Part shown: piece by piece, positions 17,898 to 24,778 of the stretch | Layout of the letters: each line of letters begins with the position of its first letter | How positions within the stretch are numbered: the stretch's first letter is position 1 | Virus record (IMG/VR): IMGVR_UViG_3300045988_067336 | Direction: 5' to 3' (one strand) | DNA: 29,780 nt | DNA from: a virus | Notes under the pieces: generated by a model | What the model was told of the DNA's origin: nothing | Databases searched by the model: none | Seen by the model: the letters and a program-made list of their open reading frames with translations, nothing else | Position numbers and translations under genes: made by a program

Positions 17898-18740
17898 ATG
17901 TCATATGAATATATTACGAAATATGATAGTCCGAATTATACGAGTGGTCGCCCGTATGGGATCAAGTATATTGTGATCCACTGGTGGGGTGACCCGAACA
18001 CTCATCCGACGTTCGAGGGTGTGATCAATACCCTGTGCAGTAAGGCTCGTGGCGCTTCTGCGCATTACGTGGTCGAGGCCGGCCGTGTGGCCTGTATTGT
18101 GGATCCGGATGATCGTGCGTGGCATGCCGGTGATGGTGTCGGTGTCCGTTCGAAGGGCAATGACATGGGTATTGGCATTGAATGTAATCCTCGTCAGTCG
18201 GATGGGGATTATCTGACTGTCGCTCAGCTGATTCGTGACTTGCGTGTCGAGTATGGTGATTTGCCGTTGATTCGTCACCGGGATTGCTATAACACGCAGT
18301 GTCCAGGCTCGTATGATTTGGATCGTTTGGATCGTTTGTCTCGTGGTTTGGCGGCTCCGTCGAATCCGGTGCCTACTCAACCGGCTACGCAGTCGGTGAC
18401 CAGGCTTGAAGTGGATGGATCTTGGGGGCCGTTGACGATGCGTCGTGCTCAGGAGGTTGCTGGCACGTCGGTGGATGGTGTCATGTCCGGTCAGATTCGT
18501 TGTTTGGAGAATCAGAATATCGCCTGTTTGGAGGAGGGTACTTCCGGTAGTGATTGGGTTGAGTGGATGTCTCACCGTTTTGGTATTACCGATCGTCCGC
18601 GTAATGCTGGCCCGGAGTTCATTCACCGGTTCCTTATGGAGATGAACGGGTATGCTGGTGATGGGATGATTGGTTCGGCTCCTTCGCCGGCTGTCGTAGA
18701 ATTCCAGAAGCGGCTTAATGATGGTCGTATTTTCAACTGA
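17898..18740 (+). CDS. Endolysin: an N-acetylmuramoyl-L-alanine amidase (Amidase_2/PGRP) with a C-terminal cell-wall-binding region.
   Basis: IVIHWWGDP ... SAHYVV ... RAWHAGD ... IGIECNP ... HRDCYNTQCPG are typical of the amidase_2 zinc site. The C-terminus has DGSWGPLTMRRAQ and DGMIGSAPSPAVVEFQKRLN, which are PG-binding-like repeats. The RBS is aaaggag. Confidence 0.85.
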   Translation: MSYEYITKYDSPNYTSGRPYGIKYIVIHWWGDPNTHPTFEGVINTLCSKARGASAHYVVEAGRVACIVDPDDRAWHAGDGVGVRSKGNDMGIGIECNPRQSDGDYLTVAQLIRDLRVEYGDLPLIRHRDCYNTQCPGSYDLDRLDRLSRGLAAPSNPVPTQPATQSVTRLEVDGSWGPLTMRRAQEVAGTSVDGVMSGQIRCLENQNIACLEEGTSGSDWVEWMSHRFGITDRPRNAGPEFIHRFLMEMNGYAGDGMIGSAPSPAVVEFQKRLNDGRIFN

Positions 18741-18755
18741 TTGAAAGGATTGTTT

Positions 18756-19055
18756 ATGGCTAAGCATGTAGTGTTGGCTGATGATGGGCTGACTGGCGAG
18801 CCGACGGCTGATACCGCTATCACGAATGAGTGTGCTGACGGGTCGGATAATTACGTGCCTACGTTCGATGCTGAGACTCGTCGTTGGGCGTATCTGGTGT
18901 CCGGACTGGTGGGTATTGCCGGTGCTGTCGCGAGCCTTGTGAGTGCGGTTCCGGGTGTCCCGTCGTGGGTTGCCGTGGTTGGTGGTGCTTGTGCGCTGGT
19001 CGGTTCCGGTGTGGCTGGCTTGTTTGGCGTGCATTATGCTGGCGTGAGCCGCTAG
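18756..19055 (+). CDS. Holin-like membrane protein.
   Basis: Two hydrophobic segments (WAYLVSGLVGIAGAVASLVSAV and WVAVVGGACALVGSGVAGLFGV). It lies directly after the endolysin. The RBS gaaagga precedes the ATG at 18756. Confidence 0.6.
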   Translation: MAKHVVLADDGLTGEPTADTAITNECADGSDNYVPTFDAETRRWAYLVSGLVGIAGAVASLVSAVPGVPSWVAVVGGACALVGSGVAGLFGVHYAGVSR

Positions 19056-19073
19056 TCTGCCCTCTGTTGTGAG

Positions 19074-19117
19074 AACGCCCCGTGTTCGGCTTGTTCGGCC
19101 GTCTGCGGGGCGTTTCT
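19074..19117. terminator. Stem-loop terminator between the convergent arms.
   Basis: aacgccccg (19074-19082) pairs with cggggcgtt (19106-19114), followed by tctgtatgttc. The loop is about 23 nt with internal pairing. Confidence 0.55.
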
Positions 19118-19130
19118 GTATGTTCTGGGG

Positions 19131-19400
19131 TTACTTCCAGTGGAAGAAGCGGATGGTGATTGGGGCTGTCATGGTGAAGTCGTATCCGTTGCCGTTGTTT
19201 ATTTCGTGGATTGGTGTGGTTTCGACTTCTTCGATGCTGTTGAGGAGTTCGTAGAGGTTGGTGAAGGCGGGGTGGTCTTTGATGCCGATGTTGCCGTAGT
19301 TGATTTCCGGGGCGAGTCCGTTTCTGTCGAGGATGGTGCCGATTTTCGGTTGTTGCCGGATGAGGCTGATGATGGTGGTGAGGTAGTTGATGGTTTTCAT
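19131..19400 (-). CDS. Hypothetical protein, 89 aa. It is the last gene of the leftward arm and has its own promoter.
   Basis: The ORF has the RBS aaaagga. No motif was recognised. Confidence 0.6.
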   Translation of the reverse strand: MKTINYLTTIISLIRQQPKIGTILDRNGLAPEINYGNIGIKDHPAFTNLYELLNSIEEVETTPIHEINNGNGYDFTMTAPITIRFFHWK

Positions 19401-19447
19401 TTGTTTGGTCCTTTTGTGTTGCGTCAGGTTTTCTACTTGACATGTTC

Positions 19448-19490
19448 AATATATCATAAACGGCGTGCCGTGGAGATGCGACACGCCGTT
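19448..19490 (-). promoter_or_regulatory. Extended -10 promoter (TGATATATT on the minus strand) preceded by an inverted repeat that carries CGACACGCCG.
   Basis: On the minus strand the sequence reads AACGGCGTGTCGCATCTCCACGGCACGCCGTT-TA-TGA-TATATT. The exact 10-mer lies at 19479-19488 and the -10 at 19448-19453. Confidence 0.5.
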
Positions 19491-19496
19491 AGGGGA

Positions 19497-19823
19497 TTAC
19501 CTCGGGAAGACATTGCCTCCAAGCTCGGCGTTGATCCGCCGTCGGTATTCCTCTCGTGGGTGTCTCAATCCGTTTTCCCACATCATGATGATGGTCGGAC
19601 TGGATACGTGGATCAGTTTGGCGAGTTCGGCCTGTGTGTATCCGTAACGGTTCCGCCAATATTTGAGCCGCTGTGTGCTGGTCGTCCATGCCTTGATACG
19701 GGAGTAGCTGATCGGAGCGTGTTTGCCGCCGGCTGTGATGGTGTAGAAGAAGCCTGTATAGACGTTCTGGTATACGAGGATTTTCTTGCCTTCGATGGTG
19801 ACGGTGAATGGTTCCTTTGCCAT
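19497..19823 (-). CDS. XRE-family (Cro/CI-type HTH) transcriptional regulator with an N-terminal extra domain.
   Basis: The C-terminal segment RLKYWRNRYGYTQAELAKLIHVSSPTIIMMWENGLRHP is a canonical HTH_XRE motif. Confidence 0.8.
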   Translation of the reverse strand: MAKEPFTVTIEGKKILVYQNVYTGFFYTITAGGKHAPISYSRIKAWTTSTQRLKYWRNRYGYTQAELAKLIHVSSPTIIMMWENGLRHPREEYRRRINAELGGNVFPR

Positions 19824-19829
19824 GGTTTC

Positions 19830-20117
19830 TTATTGCCTTTCGTCCGGTGTCGTGAGGTCGAGGAGTTCTTGCATGTGTTCCTGGCCTTTTTTGGTGAGCG
19901 TCCATCGCCAGCATGGTCGTTTCCTGGCGCTTGTTCCGTTCCTGTCGACGCGGTGGGTGTATCCGGCTCGTTCGAGTTCGACCATGCGGCTTCTTAGGCT
20001 TTGTGGCGTGTCAGGGTATCCGAGCGTCGATGCTATTGAGGTCAGGTGTTCTTGTGTGATTGGCTCTTTGAATAGGTAGAGGATGGTGGCGACGTGTAGG
20101 CGGGGGATGTTGTGCAT
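19830..20117 (-). CDS. Winged-helix (MarR/PadR-like) DNA-binding protein, 95 aa.
   Basis: ITQEHLTSIASTLGYPDTPQSLRSRMVELERAGYTHRVDRNG is wHTH-like. The start at ATG 20117 overlaps the upstream stop as TAATG. The longer 203-aa ORF in the track is low-complexity junk upstream of that ATG. Confidence 0.6.
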   Translation of the reverse strand: MHNIPRLHVATILYLFKEPITQEHLTSIASTLGYPDTPQSLRSRMVELERAGYTHRVDRNGTSARKRPCWRWTLTKKGQEHMQELLDLTTPDERQ

Positions 20118-20452
20118 TATATTCTGCTTTCTGCTTGGTGTCGGTAGTATGCGGCTATTGCTGTGGCGGTTGCCCATCCGGCGAGCCATTTGAGGCCGAA
20201 GCGGATGTGGGAGGTTTTCGCTGTTATCGTCCATGTGGGGAGTGTCATGTATGGGCTGAGGCACCATCCGCAGTAGGTGAGCGTACCGAGACTGCGGGTG
20301 AGGTCGTTGTTCGCTGTTTCGGTTTTGCTTGTGAGCTTGTTTCGTAGCTTGGAGAAGACGTGGCTGGGGCCGGGGGAGAGTTGCGTTACTGTGGTGGCGT
20401 ATCCGGCTGTGAGTCCTGCGGTGATGACCGCGGTCCACCATTCGGTTTTCAT
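20117..20452 (-). CDS. Membrane protein, DUF1360-like.
   Basis: It has several hydrophobic segments and the motif LTYCGWCLSPYMTLPTW, which I associate with DUF1360. The RBS is aaaagga. Confidence 0.55.
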   Translation of the reverse strand: MKTEWWTAVITAGLTAGYATTVTQLSPGPSHVFSKLRNKLTSKTETANNDLTRSLGTLTYCGWCLSPYMTLPTWTITAKTSHIRFGLKWLAGWATATAIAAYYRHQAESRI

Positions 20453-20494
20453 TTTGTTGTCCTTTTCGTTATTGTTGATGGTTTCGGCTGGGGT

Positions 20495-20737
20495 TTAGTG
20501 GATTGTTCCGTCGAATAGTACCAGTGGGTATTTGATTGGCTTGTTCTGGTTTTTCGCGATGGTGCGGATGATGGTTGCGGTGGGGCTGCCGGATGGTACG
20601 ACTCGGAGTTGTTTCTGCATGTGTTGTGCTGCCGTGCGGCATGTGTCGAGGAATGCTGCGGTTTCTGGATCGCATGTGGGGCAGCCGTCGAAGAGTACGT
20701 ATATGTCTTGGCTTTTGAGGAGGGTGTCGATTGTCAT
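20495..20737 (-). CDS. Glutaredoxin/NrdH-like thioredoxin-fold protein.
   Basis: The 80-aa protein begins IYVLFDGCPTCDP (a CxxC redox motif after the first beta strand) and ends YPLVLFDG. Confidence 0.65.
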   Translation of the reverse strand: MTIDTLLKSQDIYVLFDGCPTCDPETAAFLDTCRTAAQHMQKQLRVVPSGSPTATIIRTIAKNQNKPIKYPLVLFDGTIH

Positions 20738-21639
20738 TAGAATGATGCTCCTGTTGTTTCGGTGATGGTGTCGATGATGTGTAGTGTGTTGAGCTGTTTG
20801 CGTTTGTGGTTGGCGATGAGTGGTTTGATGTCCTTTCGGTGTACTGGGATGATTTGGTGTCGTGCGTCTCCGTAGACTCGTGGGTCGTACATGCTGAAGT
20901 AGAGGGTTTCGAGTGTGTCGCAGACGACGAAGTATTGGAGGGCTTGGGCTTGGTATTTGTCAGGGATGAAGTCGATTCCTGTAGCGTTGAAGCTTGTGGC
21001 TGTTGAGGGGAGTACTTGTGCGGCTGTGTCGGCGATGTTGTCGGGCAGTGTGTGTTGGCGGATGAGTTGTAAGTGGATCATCCATGGGATGACGGCTTGG
21101 AGGTGGTAGGCGCTTCCGAGGCTTTTGCATTCGATGGCCCATGTCGGGTTTTCGGTTGCTTGGTAGGCGTCTGGGCTGCAGGCGAGTCGTGAGTCTTCGT
21201 CGCTTTCCCAGATGCCGCAGTCGGTGATGCAGTCTTTTTGTTCGTAGCCGAGTTGTTGGAGGGTGAGTTGGATGTTTTCTGGTTCGAGTCTGTGGCCGCG
21301 TTCCATGGGGTTTTCCCTGTCTGGCTGTTCAGCCATGGTTTCGGCAAGGAATTTCCAGAATTCGATGCCGACTTTGAGGCGTTTGTTTTTGGCTTCGGTT
21401 TCGGCGAGTAGTTCGTCGTACTTGAGGGCTGCCCGGTAGTGTTCTTCGGTTTCGTCTCTGGTGGTTGCTTCTTTTGATTGCTTGAGTGCTTTGTTTCGGT
21501 ATTCAAGGATTTTTTTAGTGTCGGTTTGCTGGTAGTGGTCTAGGGCTAGGCTGCCGCTTTTGGTGCCGGTGATGCGTCCTAGTCGTTCGTTGAGCCATGC
21601 TTCTGTGTTGTTGGCTTGTGATAGGTTGATGATTTTCAT
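20737..21639 (-). CDS. YqaJ-type (lambda Exo-like, PD-(D/E)XK) recombination exonuclease.
   Basis: WLNERLGRITGTKSGSL at the N-terminus, then CSPDAY and WAIECKS, which are catalytic-type motifs. It lies next to an ERF annealase. Confidence 0.75.
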   Translation of the reverse strand: MKIINLSQANNTEAWLNERLGRITGTKSGSLALDHYQQTDTKKILEYRNKALKQSKEATTRDETEEHYRAALKYDELLAETEAKNKRLKVGIEFWKFLAETMAEQPDRENPMERGHRLEPENIQLTLQQLGYEQKDCITDCGIWESDEDSRLACSPDAYQATENPTWAIECKSLGSAYHLQAVIPWMIHLQLIRQHTLPDNIADTAAQVLPSTATSFNATGIDFIPDKYQAQALQYFVVCDTLETLYFSMYDPRVYGDARHQIIPVHRKDIKPLIANHKRKQLNTLHIIDTITETTGASF

Positions 21640-21669
21640 TGTTGGTCCTTTCTTGAAGTTGATATCTTT

Positions 21670-21712
21670 ATTATATCAGCTCGTATGTGATTGGATGGCA
21701 TGCGGCGTGTCG
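21670..21712 (-). promoter_or_regulatory. Extended -10 promoter (TGATATAAT on the minus strand) with an upstream CGACACGCCG motif.
   Basis: The minus strand reads CCACGACACGCCGCATGCCATCCAATCACATACGAGC-TGA-TATAAT. The 10-mer is at 21703-21712 (here it reads CGACACGCCG on the minus strand) and the -10 at 21670-21675. Confidence 0.55.
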
Positions 21713-21720
21713 TGGCTCGG

Positions 21721-21755
21721 ATATGGAAAAGACCCCGGTGGTGTGCCGGGGTCTT
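21721..21755 (-). terminator. Rho-independent terminator after the erf gene.
   Basis: aagaccccgg (21729-21738) pairs with ccggggtctt (21746-21755). On the minus strand the stem runs into TCTTTTCC. Confidence 0.6.
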
Positions 21756-21758
21756 GTG

Positions 21759-22352
21759 TCACATTCTGTTGATGGCGTCCATGAGTTTGGACAGGTCTGC
21801 TTGGGTGATTCCTCGCCAGCCTTTGACGGGCCGGTTGAGTGTGCCGCTGATGAATTCGCCGCGTGCTTCGCTGGGGATGGAGTGCGTGTCCATCGCTTTG
21901 ACGAGCGTGGCGTACTGGTCGGCTCCGATCGGTTTGTCGGCGGTTTCGTACTGCTGTCGGGCGTAGCTGCCGTCGTCGTCCTTGTCGGGGAAGATGCCTA
22001 GGACGGTGGTGAGGCTGTAGCGTCGTGCGTAGGTGATGGCGCTGCCGACCTGTTGCGGGTCGCCTGTTACGAAGAATGGGTATTCGCAGACCGTCATCCG
22101 GTCGGTGTCGTCGAAGATGATGGTTTCGATGGTGCCGAGGATCTGGCGTCCGTCTCCGTGGCCGTCGAAGGTCACTTTTTGGGTGAATGCGAGCCCGTGC
22201 TTTTCGAAGATTGGCTTGATGTTTTTGAGGAGGGTGGCGAGGTTGAGGTACTTGTAGGTACGGCTTCCGGCGTTGGCGGTTTCGTCAGTGCTGAAGTTCG
22301 GGACTTCGTTGAGGACTTCGGCGAATTTCCGGTTGAGGCTGCTGTTTTCCAT
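21759..22352 (-). CDS. ERF-family single-strand annealing protein.
   Basis: YKYLNLATLLKNIKPIFEKHGLAFTQ and GSAITYARRYSLTTVLGIFPDKDDDG are hallmark ERF motifs. Confidence 0.85.
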   Translation of the reverse strand: MENSSLNRKFAEVLNEVPNFSTDETANAGSRTYKYLNLATLLKNIKPIFEKHGLAFTQKVTFDGHGDGRQILGTIETIIFDDTDRMTVCEYPFFVTGDPQQVGSAITYARRYSLTTVLGIFPDKDDDGSYARQQYETADKPIGADQYATLVKAMDTHSIPSEARGEFISGTLNRPVKGWRGITQADLSKLMDAINRM

Positions 22353-22379
22353 TTGTGGCTCCTTTTGCAGTGTTGTCTG

Positions 22380-22736
22380 TCAGTGCTTGTAGATCGGGTA
22401 GACGACGGTCATTGGCGTTGATTCGGTGACGTTGTTGTAGACGGCTTCGAGGGCTTCCATGCCGCCGATGTTGTAAACCTGCGCGTAGAAGTCGATGCGC
22501 TCTGGATTGTTTTTGGTGAGCGTGTATAGGTAGCAGGCCCATTCCGCTCCGTTGTGGTCCCATTCGTAGTCTTCGAAGGCTTGGGAGTAGTCGTCGAGGG
22601 TGACGTATTTGTGGTCTCCGACGTGGTAGATGGTGCCTTTTGGTGTGTGGTCGGTGTCGTAGTGGCTTTTCTGGTCGAGACGGACGTCGATGGTGTGCAT
22701 CATTGCTTTGACTTCGTTGGCGGTGATGGTGTTCAT
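22380..22736 (-). CDS. Hypothetical protein, 118 aa.
   Basis: The ATG at 22736 is preceded by aaaaggag. The longer ORF reaching 22826 runs through the promoter region. Confidence 0.6.
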   Translation of the reverse strand: MNTITANEVKAMMHTIDVRLDQKSHYDTDHTPKGTIYHVGDHKYVTLDDYSQAFEDYEWDHNGAEWACYLYTLTKNNPERIDFYAQVYNIGGMEALEAVYNNVTESTPMTVVYPIYKH

Positions 22737-22782
22737 TGGTTTGCTCCTTTTGTGTTTGCCAAGCTCTTTGCTTGATATGTCT

Positions 22783-22824
22783 AATATAGCACAATGCGGC
22801 GTGTCTTCAAACGCGACACGCCGC
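22783..22824 (-). promoter_or_regulatory. Extended -10 promoter (TGCTATATT on the minus strand) preceded by an inverted repeat that carries CGACACGCCG.
   Basis: The minus strand reads GCGGCGTGTCGCGTTTGAAGACACGCCGC-ATTG-TGC-TATATT. The exact 10-mer is at 22814-22823, and a 9/10 inverted copy lies at 22796-22805. Confidence 0.5.
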
Positions 22825-22886
22825 AAAGTTGACCGTTGCCTGCGTTCATCGTCTCCTATAGTAGATGAGCGCTATGAGTGTGAATA

Positions 22887-23057
22887 TCAATGCCGCGAGG
22901 ATGTCATCATTCGTTCCCATGCCTTGTCCTTTTCGTATTGTTTGATAACGGCTTCGATCTCCGGTTTGCAGCATTGGGGGATGAGAGGCGCGAATTCGTC
23001 GACGGCCAGACCGTCCTCATGCCATTTGATGATCTGGTTCTTCAGTATTTTCTTCAT
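22887..23057 (-). CDS. Small protein of 56 aa, possibly an HTH protein.
   Basis: My own translation is MKKILKNQIIKWHEDGLAVDEFAPLIPQCCKPEIEAVIKQYEKDKAWERMMTSSRH. The RBS aaggaa is present. The start overlaps the upstream stop as TGATG. Confidence 0.45.
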   Translation of the reverse strand: MKKILKNQIIKWHEDGLAVDEFAPLIPQCCKPEIEAVIKQYEKDKAWERMMTSSRH

Positions 23058-23230
23058 CAGTGGTTCCTTCTGACTGCTGAGTAAAATCTTGAGCTTTCCC
23101 GGTGGACTCGTCGGACGGTGTCTTCGTCCATGTCGAGGATTTCGGCGGTCTTTTCGACCGACTCGCCGAGGTCGAAGAGGTAGTGTTCGATCAGGAGCCG
23201 TTCGAGTGTGACGTCATTCATCTTGCGCAT
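23057..23230 (-). CDS. Small sigma-70 region-4-like / LuxR-type HTH protein, 57 aa.
   Basis: My own translation is MRKMNDVTLERLLIEHYLFDLGESVEKTAEILDMDEDTVRRVHRESSRFYSAVRRNH. The pattern LIEHYLFDLGESVEKTAEILDMDEDTVRR fits a region-4 HTH. An alternative start lies at 23221. Confidence 0.5.
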   Translation of the reverse strand: MRKMNDVTLERLLIEHYLFDLGESVEKTAEILDMDEDTVRRVHRESSRFYSAVRRNH

Positions 23231-23582
23231 TGTTTTCTTTTTCCTTCATCATTCGGTTGATTGCTTCGATGGCCAAGTGCCAGTCGCTTCGGCTGATGCA
23301 ATACCATGCGGCTCTTTCGAGGCCGCTGGTCGATGCGACGAGCTTGCGGATGATGAGGCCGCATCTGCCGGAGGTTTCCGTCTTTTCGTGTCTTATGGCG
23401 GCTTTTCGTGCGTACCATCGTGCTTTTTTTAGGTCTTCGATGGGGTTCCCTTTGTCTTTGTATCGCCATAGGTATTTGATGACGTTGCCGGTGCAGAAGT
23501 ATTGGCGTTTGGCGAGGAGGATGCATTCGTAGCCGATGTTGCGGCAGTTGTAATGCGTTGGATGGTTGATGTTGTCTGTCAT
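23214..23582 (-). CDS. DUF3310-family protein.
   Basis: HPTHYN...IGYECILLAKRQYFCTGNVIKYLWRYKDKGNPIEDLKKARWY matches the DUF3310 pattern (HY...IE...gNaiKYl.R...Kg...eDL.KA.wY). The start at ATG 23582 overlaps the upstream stop as ATGA. Confidence 0.75.
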   Translation of the reverse strand: MTDNINHPTHYNCRNIGYECILLAKRQYFCTGNVIKYLWRYKDKGNPIEDLKKARWYARKAAIRHEKTETSGRCGLIIRKLVASTSGLERAAWYCISRSDWHLAIEAINRMMKEKENNAQDE

Positions 23583-24016
23583 TTGGTTCCTTTTGCTTCT
23601 TTTGCTGCTTTGGCTTTGGCTCGTCGTATGCGGGCCCGTTCCCTTTGTTTCAGTACGTAGTCGGTTCTCTGTTCGGGGGTCATGGAGTGGTATCGGGCTC
23701 GTTGTTTGGTGAGCATTTTTTCCCTCCATTCGGGGTCGGTGTGGTAGCGGGCTCGGGCGGCTTCGCGTTTCTTTTTTAATGTTTTTGGTTTGCTGTGGTA
23801 TTCTTTCTGTTTTTCTGCGTAGTGTTCGGCGTGTGCTTCCCTCCATTTCCTGTTGGCTTCGGCGCGCTCTTCTTTGTGGCGGTGGTAGTAGCGGTAGTCG
23901 CTGATCTTGCGTCGTTCTTTGGCTGATGGCTGGCTGTTGCGCATTTCGTTGATCCAGTTCATCATGTCGGCGTCGTTGAGGTCGACGACGACGGGTTCTT
24001 CTGTCTTTCTGCCCAT
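23579..24016 (-). CDS. Highly basic repeat protein of unknown function.
   Basis: The 145-aa protein is K/R/E-rich, with recurring R-x-x-Y-H/Y-Y-x-x-x-x-E modules (DYRYYHRHKEE, AEHYAEKQKEYH, ARARYHTDPEWRE, QRARYHSMTPEQR). Confidence 0.6.
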   Translation of the reverse strand: MGRKTEEPVVVDLNDADMMNWINEMRNSQPSAKERRKISDYRYYHRHKEERAEANRKWREAHAEHYAEKQKEYHSKPKTLKKKREAARARYHTDPEWREKMLTKQRARYHSMTPEQRTDYVLKQRERARIRRAKAKAAKEAKGTK

Positions 24017-24033
24017 TGTGTCCCTTCTTCTTT

Positions 24034-24333
24034 TCAGAGGCTTCTGATGATGTAGTCGGCGATGTCCTTTGGGGTGGCATCGTTTAGGGACCCGTCGTAG
24101 AAGACGTGGTAGGAGATCAGTGTGTCGGGTCCGTCGTATAAGTGCATTTCAGTGTCGGCCGGGTCGCTGTAGGCGATGATGTACATGGTTTTCTCACTGT
24201 TTTGCTTTGTGATGCGTATTGCTGAGTCTCCGGGGTTGCAGTCGACTTCGGTTGTCGTGTAGTCGTCGCCGAGGAGGCGTAGTGCGTCCGTCATTTCGTG
24301 GTTGATGTTCCTGTGTTTGTTGTTGTCGCTCAT
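24034..24333 (-). CDS. Small acidic protein, paralogue of 24365-24643.
   Basis: It is 99 aa and D/E-rich. It shares its architecture and its C-terminal ending (DIADYIIRSL versus DLITYIKNSL) with the neighbouring gene. Confidence 0.6.
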   Translation of the reverse strand: MSDNNKHRNINHEMTDALRLLGDDYTTTEVDCNPGDSAIRITKQNSEKTMYIIAYSDPADTEMHLYDGPDTLISYHVFYDGSLNDATPKDIADYIIRSL

Positions 24334-24364
24334 TTTTTGGTCCTTTTCTTGTTCGCCCGGTTTG

Positions 24365-24643
24365 TTAGAGGCTGTTCTTGATGTAGGTGATGAGGTCCGT
24401 GAGGTTGAGGTTCGGGTCGTTGGTGTCCCATTTGTAGATTTCGATTGGCTCGTCGCCGTAGTTTACGACCACTTCGAAGTCGTCGGTGTCGGGGCTGTCC
24501 GGGCTGATGTACATGTCGTAGTCGGAGTCTTCCTTGGTGATGACGATGGTGGTTTCGTTGTCGGTGAGTTCTTCGGCGTATTCGTGGGGGAGGGTGTCGG
24601 TGAGGGTTTTGAAGAGGATGTGGATGTTGTCGTTCTTGTTCAT
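24365..24643 (-). CDS. Small acidic protein, paralogue of 24034-24333.
   Basis: It is 92 aa counted from the ATG at 24643 (RBS aaaggaaa) and is very D/E-rich (DSDYDMYISPDSPDTDDFEVVVNYGDEPIEIYKWD). Confidence 0.6.
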   Translation of the reverse strand: MNKNDNIHILFKTLTDTLPHEYAEELTDNETTIVITKEDSDYDMYISPDSPDTDDFEVVVNYGDEPIEIYKWDTNDPNLNLTDLITYIKNSL

Positions 24644-24696
24644 TTTGGGTTTCCTTTTTGTTTGGTGGCGTGGGTTTTCCTTGCCTGACATTTAAC

Positions 24697-24727
24697 ACTA
24701 TATCCACAAACGTGATGTGACACGCCG
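24697..24727 (-). promoter_or_regulatory. Extended -10-like promoter (TGGATATAGT on the minus strand) with an upstream 9/10 copy of the CGACACGCCG motif.
   Basis: The minus strand reads CGGCGTGTCA-N15-TATAGT. The motif is at 24718-24727 and the -10 at 24697-24702. Confidence 0.45.
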
Positions 24728-24734
24728 ATGGGCA

Positions 24735-24768
24735 TGAAAAAGGCGGCACGCTTTTCATACGTGTCGCC
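24735..24768 (-). terminator. Rho-independent terminator after the DnaC-like gene.
   Basis: The minus strand reads GGCGACACG-tatgaaaag-CGTGCCGCC followed by TTTTTC, with one internal mismatch. Confidence 0.6.
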
Positions 24769-24778
24769 TTGGGTGTGG

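Noticed and set aside
17901-19034. A 377-aa minus-strand ORF spanning the endolysin and holin region. Similar long antisense ORFs occur at 4310-5494 (+), 19140-19997 (+), 28401-29252 (+), 1160-1813 (-) and 23214-24080 (- strand, upstream part).
   Set aside because: Their translations are low-complexity R/P/H/T/Q-rich strings. They lie opposite, or out of frame to, ORFs with clear protein motifs. The strong strand skew removes stop codons from shadow frames.
22846-22920. A tiny 24-aa hydrophobic ORF (MGTNDDILAALIFTLIALIYYRRR) on the minus strand, considered as a possible type I toxin-like peptide.
   Set aside because: It overlaps the 3' end of the 56-aa gene by 34 nt in another frame and has poor SD spacing. 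It is too short to support from sequence alone.
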